Shown piece by piece: positions 26,528-35,823 of a stretch of 64,000 bases of DNA; position 1 is the first letter of the stretch, and every line of letters begins with the position of its first letter. The DNA comes from Candidatus Daviesbacteria bacterium (lineage in GTDB: Bacteria > Patescibacteriota > Microgenomatia > Daviesbacterales > UBA10151), in the NCBI GenBank assembly GCA_016176335.1, contig JACOXI010000004.1:146303-210302 (forward strand), read 5' to 3'. The translations under genes were made by a program, and so were the position numbers. The notes beneath the pieces were generated by a model. That model worked only from the letters and a program-made list of their open reading frames with translations, ran no database searches and was not told the DNA's origin.

Positions 26528-28237
26528 ATGAGCAAGTTTAACATTACCTTAGGACTTCTGTTTTTCCTGTTCGTTATTCCCTGTATCATGTTTCCTGCCT
26601 ATGCTATAGTTGATCCCCTGTCTGTTCCCAATAACAAATTTGGCATCCATATTATCTCCGCCACCCCCAATGAATCCTCTCCTGCTGCCCAGCTTGTCAA
26701 TACCAACGGAGACTGGGGTTATCTGACCTTCCTCATAGAGAGTAAGGATAGAAATGAAAATAAATGGCAGACATTTTTTAATGATCTAAGGAGGCGTCAC
26801 CTTATTCCCATTGTTAGACTGGCCACAAAACCCGTCAATGAGCATTGGGAAAAACCCTATGAGGGGGAGGAAGAAGCTTGGGCAGATTTTTTAGATAAAT
26901 TAAATTGGCCTACCAAAAACAGATACATTGTCATTTATAATGAACCTAACCATGGCAAAGAATGGGGCAATGTTGTTGATCCTGCCACATATGCCAAAGT
27001 TTTGGATAAAACCATTGATGCTTTAAAAGAAAAATCTCCGGATTTCTTTGTAATGAATGCCGGCTTTGATGCTTCAGCCCCACACCAACCACCCAATTAC
27101 TTTGATGAGGTTAGTTTCCTGTCGGAAATGGATAAGTCTGTCCCGGGTATATTTGAAAAACTGGATGGATGGGTTTCACACTCCTATCCTAATCCCGAGT
27201 TTGCAGGTTCACCAAATGGAATCGGGCGAGGAACAGTTAGAACCTGGTTTTGGGAACTGCAGCAATTAAGGATTCTGGGAGTAACTAAAAATCTTCCTGT
27301 TTTCATAACTGAAACAGGTTGGAAACATGCCGAGGGGTTAGTGTATAATCCCAACTTTCCAGCTGAAGACACTATTGCAAATTATTACAGAAATGCTTTT
27401 GAGGATGCTTGGTCCGCCCAACGTATTGTGGCTGTAACTCCTTTTATACTCAATTACCAGCAATTCCCCTTTGACCATTTCTCTTTCAAAAAAGTTAACT
27501 CCGACAGCTTTTATACTTCTTTCCAAACTATAAAAGATCTGCCCAAGACAAAGGGACAGCCCATATGGGAAAACTTAGCAAAGCTGACTAAGGGTGAAGT
27601 TTATTCTTCTGTGGTGGCAGGAGAAACATATACTATCTACCTTACATTTGAGAATGTTGGTCAATCCATTTGGAATGGCTCCACAGGTGATCAGGTAAGA
27701 TTGATTCCTTTGGAAGGAGGAAAAGAATTAGGTATTTCAGAAATTGAATTACCCAAGGATAAAAAGATTGAACCAGGTCAAAACTATACTTTTACCATTA
27801 AACTCAAAGCTCCTAAAAGCGGCTCTTTTAAAGTATCTTTAAATTTATTTGAGGGTCAAAAACCATTTAATTCAAAGCCTTTACAATTTACCACCCAGGT
27901 TAAAGCACCTGTCATCTTAAAAATCCTGACCAAATTAAAATGGAAGGATTCGGCAGCAGGAGAGTATATTTTGAAAACCTCTGGGGCAATCGGTGAATCC
28001 ACCCAAAAGGTGATTATAAATTCGGCCGGCAGATCCGAACAATTTGAAGCCAGGTACCTGTTGCCTGATTACACCTTTAAATTCAGTTTGGAAAGACCCA
28101 ACTACAAACTTCAAACCATCCAACAAACTCTCAAAAGCGGTGAAAATACCCTTAATTTTGGAGAACTCCAACCTGATCTTATATCAAATATCTTTAATCC
28201 TTTAGAGCTTTGGAAACTTCTTCCCTTTTCAAAATAA
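26528..28237 (+). CDS. Secreted clan GH-A glycoside hydrolase-like protein with an Ig-like domain
   Basis: Signal peptide, IYNEPN acid/base, SHSYP, VFITETGW nucleophile, C-terminal beta-sandwich. Confidence 0.75.
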   Translation: MSKFNITLGLLFFLFVIPCIMFPAYAIVDPLSVPNNKFGIHIISATPNESSPAAQLVNTNGDWGYLTFLIESKDRNENKWQTFFNDLRRRHLIPIVRLATKPVNEHWEKPYEGEEEAWADFLDKLNWPTKNRYIVIYNEPNHGKEWGNVVDPATYAKVLDKTIDALKEKSPDFFVMNAGFDASAPHQPPNYFDEVSFLSEMDKSVPGIFEKLDGWVSHSYPNPEFAGSPNGIGRGTVRTWFWELQQLRILGVTKNLPVFITETGWKHAEGLVYNPNFPAEDTIANYYRNAFEDAWSAQRIVAVTPFILNYQQFPFDHFSFKKVNSDSFYTSFQTIKDLPKTKGQPIWENLAKLTKGEVYSSVVAGETYTIYLTFENVGQSIWNGSTGDQVRLIPLEGGKELGISEIELPKDKKIEPGQNYTFTIKLKAPKSGSFKVSLNLFEGQKPFNSKPLQFTTQVKAPVILKILTKLKWKDSAAGEYILKTSGAIGESTQKVIINSAGRSEQFEARYLLPDYTFKFSLERPNYKLQTIQQTLKSGENTLNFGELQPDLISNIFNPLELWKLLPFSK

Positions 28238-28260
28238 ATCCTGAGCGTAGTCGAAGGATT
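28238..28260. repeat. Short palindrome AATCCTGAGCGTAGTCGAAGGATT
   Basis: Same family as the inserts at ~1293-1314 and 62901-62971. Confidence 0.75.
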
Positions 28261-28287
28261 GCTATATTTTGATCCACTTTGTCCCAG

Positions 28288-28316
28288 TTGACAGGGAAAT
28301 ATTTGTATTATATAGT
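28288..28316 (+). promoter_or_regulatory. Sigma70 promoter
   Basis: TTGACA-17 bp-TATAGT. Confidence 0.75.
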
Positions 28317-28322
28317 AACAGT

Positions 28323-28417
28323 ACCTGTTTAAATCAAGTCGCAAGACAAGATTTACATTAGCTTTAGAACTAGTATAAACAGGTTTTCTAAGAAAGTCCC
28401 GCAAGGGGCTTTTTTAG
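28323..28417 (+). ncRNA. Candidate ~95-nt structured small RNA
   Basis: Lies between the promoter and an intrinsic terminator. Closing stem ACCTGTTT/AAACAGGT, hairpin TAAATC-AA-GTC-GCAA-GAC-AA-GATTTA, no ORF. Confidence 0.55.
28388..28417 (+). terminator. Intrinsic terminator
   Basis: AAGTCCC-GCAA-GGGGCTT followed by a T-run. Confidence 0.75.
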
Positions 28418-28449
28418 TGGGCCAAAATCAGGTACAATATAGGCAGTAT

Positions 28450-28522
28450 GGTGGCTGTAGCTCAAAAGTAGAGCGTCTGTTTGTGGAACAGAAAGTAGCG
28501 GGAGCATTACCCGTCAGCCACC
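28450..28522 (+). tRNA. tRNA-His(GTG) with non-canonical D and T loops
   Basis: G-1, acceptor GTGGCTG/CAGCCAC with C73, anticodon arm TCTGT-TTGTGGA-ACAGA, T-loop AGCATTA. Confidence 0.88.
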
Positions 28523-28578
28523 CACTATAGGTTGATTATTCCCTCCTCTTTTGATATACTTGGTAATATGCCTACACG

Positions 28579-28881
28579 ATGGAAAGATTAAGGAAAAAAG
28601 TCATAATAGATGAAGCAGTAACACGAGCACAACAACTTGTTGTGGAGAGCCCTTTACAGATAGGGTCTATCGTTGCCCATCCAGATCATCCTAGAGCTTT
28701 AAAACTTAGAGGCATAGAAGGTGATACAGCTATACTACTAGATTTGGATCCTCAGACTAAAGGAGTAACTGAACTTCGGTTTCCTGCAGGTAAATTATTC
28801 GATCCCAACGTAGCACATCAAATAGCAATAAGTATTGCAAAAGGTCAACAACTGCTCCAGCAGATAAATTGGGCTAATTAA
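28579..28881 (+). CDS. Hypothetical protein
   Basis: 100 aa ATG ORF after TTGATT...TGATATACT. Confidence 0.55.
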   Translation: MERLRKKVIIDEAVTRAQQLVVESPLQIGSIVAHPDHPRALKLRGIEGDTAILLDLDPQTKGVTELRFPAGKLFDPNVAHQIAISIAKGQQLLQQINWAN

Positions 28882-28910
28882 AGTCTATCTAGGATTCTAT
28901 AATTGATTCC

Positions 28911-29057
28911 ATTGGGTACAAACACCGGATGGTCCGGAAGACCGCTACCTAACCAGGGAAGCCCCCGAGTTACTGTGGAAGTTAACTGTTAGAATCCACC
29001 GCCTGGGAGCTTGTAGTAGGTGTTCAGGTGCGACCTTAACCAAGGTGCGTCCTTAAC
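28911..29057 (-). ncRNA. Candidate rod-shaped RNA with a central bubble (6S-like) or a REP-doublet hairpin
   Basis: Minus-strand nested stems GCACC/GGTGT, TGGTT/GACCA, AAGGTCGCACCT/AGGTAGCGGTCTT, AAGCTCCC/GGGGGCTT and GTGGA/TCCAC. The G-U pairs work only on this strand; extended -10 TGaTATAAA at 29071-29063. Confidence 0.5.
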
Positions 29058-29130
29058 ATAAGTTTATATCAAGCTATTCCACCCTTGAGATAGATATATA
29101 CAAGAGAGAGGAATCACCACACCCTATAGT

Positions 29131-29159
29131 TTGACTTCCAGGACTTTTTTCGTTATAAT
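29131..29159 (+). promoter_or_regulatory. Sigma70 promoter
   Basis: TTGACT-17 bp-TATAAT. Confidence 0.8.
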
Positions 29160-29167
29160 ACACCGCT

Positions 29168-29269
29168 ATGAATAAATTTCCAATTATCAGGGTACTTCAT
29201 TTTGTATATTTGGGGTTGCTTCTAACCTTTATTTTATTTTACGGTATATCAGCCAATCAAACTGCATAG
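29168..29269 (+). CDS. 33-aa single-TM small protein (below the ORF-track cutoff)
   Basis: MNKFPIIRVLHFVYLGLLLTFILFYGISANQTA*, with ATG 8 nt after TATAAT. Confidence 0.55.
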   Translation: MNKFPIIRVLHFVYLGLLLTFILFYGISANQTA

Positions 29270-29440
29270 TATCTGTGCTGAAACTTCGGTAAAAACTGTT
29301 CTAGGGTCAACCTCTAACGTTGATGCCTATGATTTCTACCAGCAGCTTTATAACGACTGTATCTCCCAAAAAAATATCAGTCTTGTTGGCTTTCTCGTCT
29401 ATAGCCTGTAATATATGTTATTATTCGTAAGCACATACTT

Positions 29441-29716
29441 ATGGAAAGAGATACCTTTACACCAGATAATCCAGAAGCAAACGACCTAAACAGGCAAGCA
29501 GAGTTGCTGTGGGGATTAACTGTTGAAATACAACGAAATAACCTGCCGAGCCAAATAATTGGGGGATTGCGCCTAATCTGCTTGGGAGCCTACAGACGCA
29601 TGATGAATCATGGTGAGCAAGGTTGGGCAGATAGAATTTTGGAGTATGCACAAAGCAGACACCCTACACATTCACAAAATATACAAGGCCAAGAAGTGGC
29701 AGATGCTACCCATTAG
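29441..29716 (+). CDS. Hypothetical protein
   Basis: 91 aa ATG ORF whose 3' end overlaps the convergent gene. Confidence 0.4.
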   Translation: MERDTFTPDNPEANDLNRQAELLWGLTVEIQRNNLPSQIIGGLRLICLGAYRRMMNHGEQGWADRILEYAQSRHPTHSQNIQGQEVADATH

Positions 29717-30304
29717 AACAAAGACATGCCAGATAGTGTGATTAAATTTTAGCTTTTTCCAGGCAAAAAAGATCAAACCCAAGGTATAAAATAACCCTCC
29801 TGTCAGAAGTAATATGATGATCTTAAAAGCTAGAATTGCCAGCAAAGATGGAAGAATGAAGACAGCTATCCATCCTAAAAATAGATAAGTTATCACCTGT
29901 AAAATTTTAAACTTCTCCATAAAAATAGACTTATAGACAATCCCTAGAATTGTGACCAGCCAGACTATGGCCAGGACTGTCAAACCTGAATTATTCTTAA
30001 GTGCAGCTAAAATAAATCCGCTGTAAGTCCCAAGAATCAATAAAAATATAGAACTATGGTCTAAAATCTTAAAAACCCTGTTTGCTTTAGTAAAATAAAG
30101 ACCGTGATAAAGGGTGGAAAAAGTATAAGTTAAGATAATAGTTGTCCCAAAAATACTAACTCCCAACACTTTCCAAAAATCATCACTTTTAAAAGCATTT
30201 ACCAAAAGTAGTATGGCGCCAATTATTGAAATCATAAGTCCCACCCCATGAGTGATACTATTTGTCACCTCCTCCAAAATAGATGTATACTGTTCAGCTT
30301 TCAT
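29672..30304 (-). CDS. Hemolysin III / PAQR family membrane protein
   Basis: EEVTNSITHG, STLYH, LDHSSIFLLILGTY and HTIWHVFVLMG motifs. Confidence 0.93.
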   Translation of the reverse strand: MKAEQYTSILEEVTNSITHGVGLMISIIGAILLLVNAFKSDDFWKVLGVSIFGTTIILTYTFSTLYHGLYFTKANRVFKILDHSSIFLLILGTYSGFILAALKNNSGLTVLAIVWLVTILGIVYKSIFMEKFKILQVITYLFLGWIAVFILPSLLAILAFKIIILLLTGGLFYTLGLIFFAWKKLKFNHTIWHVFVLMGSICHFLALYIL

Positions 30305-30391
30305 GTTTTAATGCTCCCAAAGCATATAATAACCCAAAATTTTACGGCAATTTGCATTTTGGGCACAATTTTGTAAAATATAATTAACCAC

Positions 30392-30769
30392 ATGGAATAT
30401 CTATCAATAATACCGGCTACAGCTTTAGGCTTTTTAACTTTGAAGGCCACTACCCACCCTCAATCACGGATCAGACAGAAACTGCCCAACATTAAAACCA
30501 GAAGAGTTCAGGTTTTCCCGGTCATCCGTTTTTACTTTTTCGGAAGAGTTATTCACCTGCATCACTGGATAAATTTTTCCATACTGTTAATCCTTTCAAT
30601 TTTTGTCACCGGCAATATCCTGGATTATGTGGTGACTAAAGGTTTACTTTTGGGAGGGATTATTCAAGGTCTAAGCTTGCCCGGAGAACACAGAAAAATT
30701 GTCTACAAAGATTTCTCCATTGACAGGTTGACCTCCACCACCCCACCCCTGCCCAGAAGACGATTATGA
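30392..30769 (+). CDS. Small membrane protein
   Basis: Hydrophobic with an IHLHHW motif; its stop overlaps the next ATG. Confidence 0.7.
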   Translation: MEYLSIIPATALGFLTLKATTHPQSRIRQKLPNIKTRRVQVFPVIRFYFFGRVIHLHHWINFSILLILSIFVTGNILDYVVTKGLLLGGIIQGLSLPGEHRKIVYKDFSIDRLTSTTPPLPRRRL

Positions 30770-31857
30770 GTATCTCCAATCTTCTAAAATCCGGTAAGAA
30801 AAGGGTCATTATTCCAGTGGCAATAATAATTCTTGTCATTTTTGGTTTTAATTTTTTTGCTCCCAAAAAACGGCTTCCTTTGCAATTTACCCAAGTTATC
30901 AGGCGTGACATAAAAGAAATTGTTGCTTCGTCAGGCACTTTAACAGGCAAGGATGTAGTCAATCTAAAATTCAAATCTTCCGGTAGAATCGCCTATATAA
31001 ATGTTAAGGCAGGAGATCGGGTTTTTGCCTACCAGACTATCGCCGGTTTGGATACAAAACTTTTGTCAATAGATTTACAGCAAGCACAAAATACTTTAAG
31101 AGATAAGCAGGCTAGCGCAGAAAAAGTGGAGGATGATGTCAAAGATCACAGTAAGGATGAGACCTACACCCAACGCTCAACCAGAACCACGGCCCAGGTG
31201 GCAAGGGATAATGCCGTAGATGCTGTAAAAGAGGCCCAGCAAGCTTTGCTTGACGCAAATATATACACACCAATTGCCGGAATTGTGACCCAGGCCCCCA
31301 TAACTTTCGGTCAATATGTTTCCTCGTCCGACCTGATTGCCCAAGTGGCGGATATTTCTTCAATTTATTTTGAAACTGATGTTTTGGAGGCGGATATCAG
31401 CAAGATTTCTTTAGGGCTCAAGGCAGAAATAACCCTGGATGCCTTTGGTGAAAAAGTATTCACTGGTGTTGTTGACCAAATTATCCCCCAAGCCAAAACT
31501 ACCTCATCCGGGGCCACAGTTGTTCCGGTCAAAGTGAAATTAGACCCAACCAAAATGACCTTTATAAACGGGCTTTCCGGCCAAGCCTCAGTCATTGTAA
31601 AAACATCCCAAAACGTCCTAACTTTACCGAGGGAGGCTGTCAGGGATGATAATACGGTATTTATACAAAAAAATGGCAGTGTCTCTCCTGCAAAAGTTGT
31701 CCCGGGTATTTATTCTGATACTGAAGTGGAAATAAAAGAAGGATTGGAGGATAAGGAAAAAGTACTGCTTAACCCTCCTGCAAATGACACCGGGACCCGG
31801 AATCGATCCCCGCTGCAAGGAATTTTTCGCTTCTTTGGAGGCTCAAGAGGCAGATGA
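30766..31857 (+). CDS. Efflux periplasmic adaptor (MacA/HlyD-like)
   Basis: N-terminal TM, lipoyl-like halves (SGRIAYINVKAGDRV; TPIAGIV), coiled hairpin, VEIKEGL. Confidence 0.9.
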   Translation: MSISNLLKSGKKRVIIPVAIIILVIFGFNFFAPKKRLPLQFTQVIRRDIKEIVASSGTLTGKDVVNLKFKSSGRIAYINVKAGDRVFAYQTIAGLDTKLLSIDLQQAQNTLRDKQASAEKVEDDVKDHSKDETYTQRSTRTTAQVARDNAVDAVKEAQQALLDANIYTPIAGIVTQAPITFGQYVSSSDLIAQVADISSIYFETDVLEADISKISLGLKAEITLDAFGEKVFTGVVDQIIPQAKTTSSGATVVPVKVKLDPTKMTFINGLSGQASVIVKTSQNVLTLPREAVRDDNTVFIQKNGSVSPAKVVPGIYSDTEVEIKEGLEDKEKVLLNPPANDTGTRNRSPLQGIFRFFGGSRGR

Positions 31858-32531
31858 GTTTAATAATAAAGCTGTCTAAAATAAATAAAGTCTACAAGAC
31901 CGGGGAAATTTCCTTTCTGGCTTTAAAAAATATTAACCTTGAGGTCAAAAAAGGAGAATTCATTGCCATCATAGGTGCTTCAGGTTCTGGTAAATCTACC
32001 TTAATGAACATCATAGGCCTCCTGGATCACCCTACCTCCGGAACATATATTCTGGACGGGCAGGACAGTTCGGATTTTGGGGAGGACTATTTGGCGAAAA
32101 TCAGGAACGAAAAAATCGGCTTCGTCTTTCAGTCATTTAACCTGCTTGCCAGAACTTCTGCCTGGGATAATGTTGCCCTACCCTTAATTTATGCGGGAAT
32201 ATCAAGAAGTCAAAGACTGCAAAGAGCAAGGGAAGTTTTGGAACGGGTAGGGCTGGGTGACAAATTAGAGTCCCACCCGAATCAGCTTTCAGGGGGACAG
32301 CAGCAAAAGGTGGCTATTGCCAGAGCTTTGGTTAATAATCCGGAACTCATTTTGGCAGATGAGCCAACAGGCAATCTGGATTCTAAATCAGGCGGGGAAA
32401 TCATGAATCTTTTTGAAAAGCTTTCCAGTGAGGGTAAAACCATTATTATGATTACTCATGAAGCAACAATTGCCCGCCATGCAAAAAGGGTTATCAGGCT
32501 AAAAGATGGGGGTATCCAATGGAGACAATAA
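31854..32531 (+). CDS. ABC transporter ATP-binding protein (MacB/LolD-like)
   Basis: [25 protein letters not shown] and ADEPTGNLD motifs. Confidence 0.95.
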   Translation: MSLIIKLSKINKVYKTGEISFLALKNINLEVKKGEFIAIIGASGSGKSTLMNIIGLLDHPTSGTYILDGQDSSDFGEDYLAKIRNEKIGFVFQSFNLLARTSAWDNVALPLIYAGISRSQRLQRAREVLERVGLGDKLESHPNQLSGGQQQKVAIARALVNNPELILADEPTGNLDSKSGGEIMNLFEKLSSEGKTIIMITHEATIARHAKRVIRLKDGGIQWRQ

Positions 32532-33700
32532 ATTCAGCTCTAACATCAATCTTTGCGAACAGATTAAGGTCTTTCCTGACGATTCTGGGAATTGTGATTG
32601 GCGTCATGTCTGTCATACTGTTAATCTCTTTGGTGTCCGGCCTTAAAACTTATATCACCAACCAAATCCAAGGCTTAGGGGCAAACCTACTGATAGTAAT
32701 TCCCGGAAGAATTGGTGGAGCCCGCTCCCCCGGCGGGGTACAGGCAAATAGGTTGGTTTATGCTGATGCTTTAAATTTGCGCAGCAAGTTATCAAATGAT
32801 GCACAAGTCTCTGCTGCAATACAAAGAAACGCCACTTTAAAGTTTGGCAACAAAAACGACAAAGGAGTGGCTATTTTTGGGGTTGAGGCCACTTATCCAA
32901 AGATTGTTTCCATAAAACTTACAGCAGGCAGATTTTTCAATCAGTCAGAACAACAATCATCAAGAAAGGTGGCGGTAATAGGTACAACAGTTAAAAGTAA
33001 CCTTTTTGGGGAGGGCAGCGGCTTGGCACAAACAATTGATGTGGCAGGATTGAAATATACTGTCATCGGCATATTGGGGCAAAGAGGAGCCATCTTTGGT
33101 ATTGACTTGGATAATGCAATTTATATCCCCCTACCTTCTGCCGAAAGGCAATTTGGGATAGATCGCCTTAACACCATCTATATTTCTGCCAATAGTGCCG
33201 AATCAGTCGGGGATGTGCAAAATAAGGCAGTCTCGCTTTTGAAAAAAAGATTATCAGAGGACGAATTTACTGTACAAACCCAAGAACAAACCTTGTCCAC
33301 AATTTCTCAAATAACTGGGGTTTTAACTCTGGCTTTGGGAGGAATTGCCGCAATATCTTTAATTGTCGGGGGAATAGGCGTTATGAATATTATGCTTGTG
33401 TCAGTCACCGAACGCACAAGAGAAATTGGACTTCGAAAGGCTCTCGGGGCCAGACCAAAAGATATCAGAAACCAATTTTTGATTGAGGCTATGACTTTAT
33501 CAGGGCTGGGTGGTATTATTGGAATTGTTTTGGGAATTGGCATATCCCTTATTATTGGCAGATTTTTTACCACCACTGTCCCACTTTGGTCAGTGGCCCT
33601 CTCTTTTGGATTTTCCATGCTGGTGGGAGTAATCTTCGGAGTTACCCCCGCCATCCGCGCTGCCAGACTAGATCCAATTACTGCTTTAAGGTATGAATAA
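32519..33700 (+). CDS. MacB-type ABC transporter permease
   Basis: RSFLTILGIVIGV, GGIGVMNIMLVSVTERTREIGLRKALGA and LDPITALRYE. Confidence 0.95.
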   Translation: METINSALTSIFANRLRSFLTILGIVIGVMSVILLISLVSGLKTYITNQIQGLGANLLIVIPGRIGGARSPGGVQANRLVYADALNLRSKLSNDAQVSAAIQRNATLKFGNKNDKGVAIFGVEATYPKIVSIKLTAGRFFNQSEQQSSRKVAVIGTTVKSNLFGEGSGLAQTIDVAGLKYTVIGILGQRGAIFGIDLDNAIYIPLPSAERQFGIDRLNTIYISANSAESVGDVQNKAVSLLKKRLSEDEFTVQTQEQTLSTISQITGVLTLALGGIAAISLIVGGIGVMNIMLVSVTERTREIGLRKALGARPKDIRNQFLIEAMTLSGLGGIIGIVLGIGISLIIGRFFTTTVPLWSVALSFGFSMLVGVIFGVTPAIRAARLDPITALRYE

Positions 33701-33708
33701 AAGACAGG

Positions 33709-33754
33709 TGTCGAGGACGCACCTTGGCTAAGGTCGCACCTGAACATCTGCTAC
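33709..33754 (+). repeat. Inverted copy of 29013-29058
   Basis: 41/46 identity to the reverse complement of 29013-29058; self-hairpin between convergent genes. Confidence 0.88.
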
Positions 33755-34353
33755 TTGCCTATTTTTTGAGCATATTCTTGGGGACTTAACCATTCAGGCT
33801 CCGGCACTACTTTATAATTCGGATTTTTCACTATGGTTGGCTGGCCATTTTCTTCCACCATATAATAGGCAAAACCGCGCATTTTTTTAACAGGCTCATA
33901 ATCTGCATGGCCGGGTAAAGAAACAGGATCAGCTTCTTCAAAATTTACTGGTGAATCATCCTCTGTGACCAGCCAGGTCTTTCCAGTATTGACGGCCAGA
34001 TGACCTGTTCCCGATGGAATAAACACACTATCTCCTTTCTTTACCCTTATTGCATAAAAAGATTCGACCTCATCATCAATTGGGTTTCCGTTAGAATCTG
34101 TCTTCCTGTTTTGAAGAAGCACCATCCCTTCCCCTGCTAAAACCCAATATGTTTCATCAAGACGGCCAATATGATAATGTCCGTAAGTTTTTATATACTC
34201 TCCCCCAACAGTTCCTGTTTCCCAAACAGTGATATTTTTCTTATCCTTCCCACCTCTAATCATGTAATAGTGAATTTCCGGGCTTTCTGCTTCAGGGTGC
34301 ATCAGCACCTCTTTCATTTTCTCATGCTCTCTTGCGGCAAAAGGCTTTAACAT
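33751..34353 (-). CDS. Cupin-type (archaeal-like) glucose-6-phosphate isomerase
   Basis: EYIKTYGHYH, ETYWVLAGEG, FIPSGTGHLAVNTG and RGFAYY motifs. Confidence 0.85.
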   Translation of the reverse strand: MLKPFAAREHEKMKEVLMHPEAESPEIHYYMIRGGKDKKNITVWETGTVGGEYIKTYGHYHIGRLDETYWVLAGEGMVLLQNRKTDSNGNPIDDEVESFYAIRVKKGDSVFIPSGTGHLAVNTGKTWLVTEDDSPVNFEEADPVSLPGHADYEPVKKMRGFAYYMVEENGQPTIVKNPNYKVVPEPEWLSPQEYAQKIGK

Positions 34354-34374
34354 ATACAATTCCCATTATACATC

Positions 34375-35823
34375 ATGGATTCATTTGCTTTAATTATATT
34401 TGGTATTACCAGCAATCTTGCCCAAATTAAGTTAATCCCGGCGCTATATGACATGGCGGAAAAAGGGTTACTGCCGGAAAATATGTCGATAATTGGCATT
34501 GCCAGAAAACCAATGTCCCCAAAACAGTTTCAGAAATATTTCCACGAGACCCTACATCTGCAAAATATTCACCACCAGCATGAAATCAAGGAGGAAATTT
34601 TTAAACAGTTATCAAAAAGACTTTACTATGTGGATGGACATTTAGATGATTCACAATTTTTTGCCAAGTTAAAAGATTTCTTAAATAAGTTAAATAAATC
34701 CGGCAGACCATGTCATAACAGGATCTATTATCTGGCAACATACCCTGATCTATACCAGCATGTCTTTAAAAATCTGCAAAAACAGCGGATGAATCAGCAA
34801 AAAAATGGCTGGGTGAGATTGATGATTGAAAAACCAATCGGTCATGATCTTTCCTCTGCCAAAGCCTTAAATAAATTACTGTTGAAATATTTCACCGAGG
34901 ATCAAATCTATCGTCTTGATCATTACCTGGGTAAGGAAACACTACAAAATATTCTGACATTCAGATTCTCCAATGGCATTTTTGAGCCTTTGATAAACAA
35001 AGATTATATTGACCATATTCAAATTACAGCCAGTGAGGATTTTGGTATTGGTAGAAGGGGCGGTTATTATGATCAGGTGGGGGCTTTAAAAGATGTTGGT
35101 CAAAATCACCAACTACAGATGCTGGCTTTTTCCACTATGGATGCCCCATCGGAGTTTAGCAATGAGGCAGTTACCAAAGAGCGGCTGAAGATTTTACAAA
35201 AATTACAGCCTCTACCTCAAAAAATAGTTTTTGGACAATATGAAGGTTACAGAAACAAGCAAAATGTTAACCCTAAATCTAATATGGATACCTTTTACGC
35301 TTTCAAAACTTATATCACAAATGAACGCTTTGACAATGTACCAATTTATATCAGGGCCGGTAAAAAATTGAAACAAACTGTGACTGAAATTTGTCTGGTT
35401 TTTAAAACACCTGTCAACAGGTTGCTGAAGCATTTAGACTGTGGGGATGAGCCTAATGTGCTAATCTATCGGATCCAGCCGAATGAGGGGATTGTTTTAA
35501 AAATTTTAACCAAAGTGCCGGGACATGAAGCCAAATTGGAACCGGAGTATATGCAATTTTGCTACAGGGCTGACCCTCATAGTCATAAGATTCCTGACCC
35601 ATACGAGAGACTGTTAATAGACACCATCAGGGGTGACCAGACTTTCTTCAATGATGCAGAGGAGGTGGAGGCCCAGTGGGCTTTCATTGATCCTTTAGTT
35701 GAAAAACGTGGTAAGCCCATTATTTATAAACCAGGCAGCTGGGGACCAGAAAAGGCTGATGAGCTGATTAGATCAGACGGCAGAGAATGGCTTGAACCCT
35801 CAATGGACTTTTGCAGAATATGA
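34375..35823 (+). CDS. zwf: Glucose-6-phosphate 1-dehydrogenase
   Basis: IEKPIG, YRLDHYLGKE, DVGQNH, IRAGK, RIQPNEG and YKPGSWGP motifs. Confidence 0.96.
   Translation: MDSFALIIFGITSNLAQIKLIPALYDMAEKGLLPENMSIIGIARKPMSPKQFQKYFHETLHLQNIHHQHEIKEEIFKQLSKRLYYVDGHLDDSQFFAKLKDFLNKLNKSGRPCHNRIYYLATYPDLYQHVFKNLQKQRMNQQKNGWVRLMIEKPIGHDLSSAKALNKLLLKYFTEDQIYRLDHYLGKETLQNILTFRFSNGIFEPLINKDYIDHIQITASEDFGIGRRGGYYDQVGALKDVGQNHQLQMLAFSTMDAPSEFSNEAVTKERLKILQKLQPLPQKIVFGQYEGYRNKQNVNPKSNMDTFYAFKTYITNERFDNVPIYIRAGKKLKQTVTEICLVFKTPVNRLLKHLDCGDEPNVLIYRIQPNEGIVLKILTKVPGHEAKLEPEYMQFCYRADPHSHKIPDPYERLLIDTIRGDQTFFNDAEEVEAQWAFIDPLVEKRGKPIIYKPGSWGPEKADELIRSDGREWLEPSMDFCRI

Noticed and set aside
28925-28975. SRP RNA suggested by GGTCCGGAAG
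   Set aside because: The conserved CAGG/AGCA internal loop around the GGAA tetraloop is absent, and pairing favours the opposite strand.
33307-33747. Long antisense ORFs (also 53123-53545, 55998-56420, 54969-55325 and many 60-115 aa ORFs)
   Set aside because: They lie opposite or within well-supported genes and show no motifs; codon-shadow artefacts.
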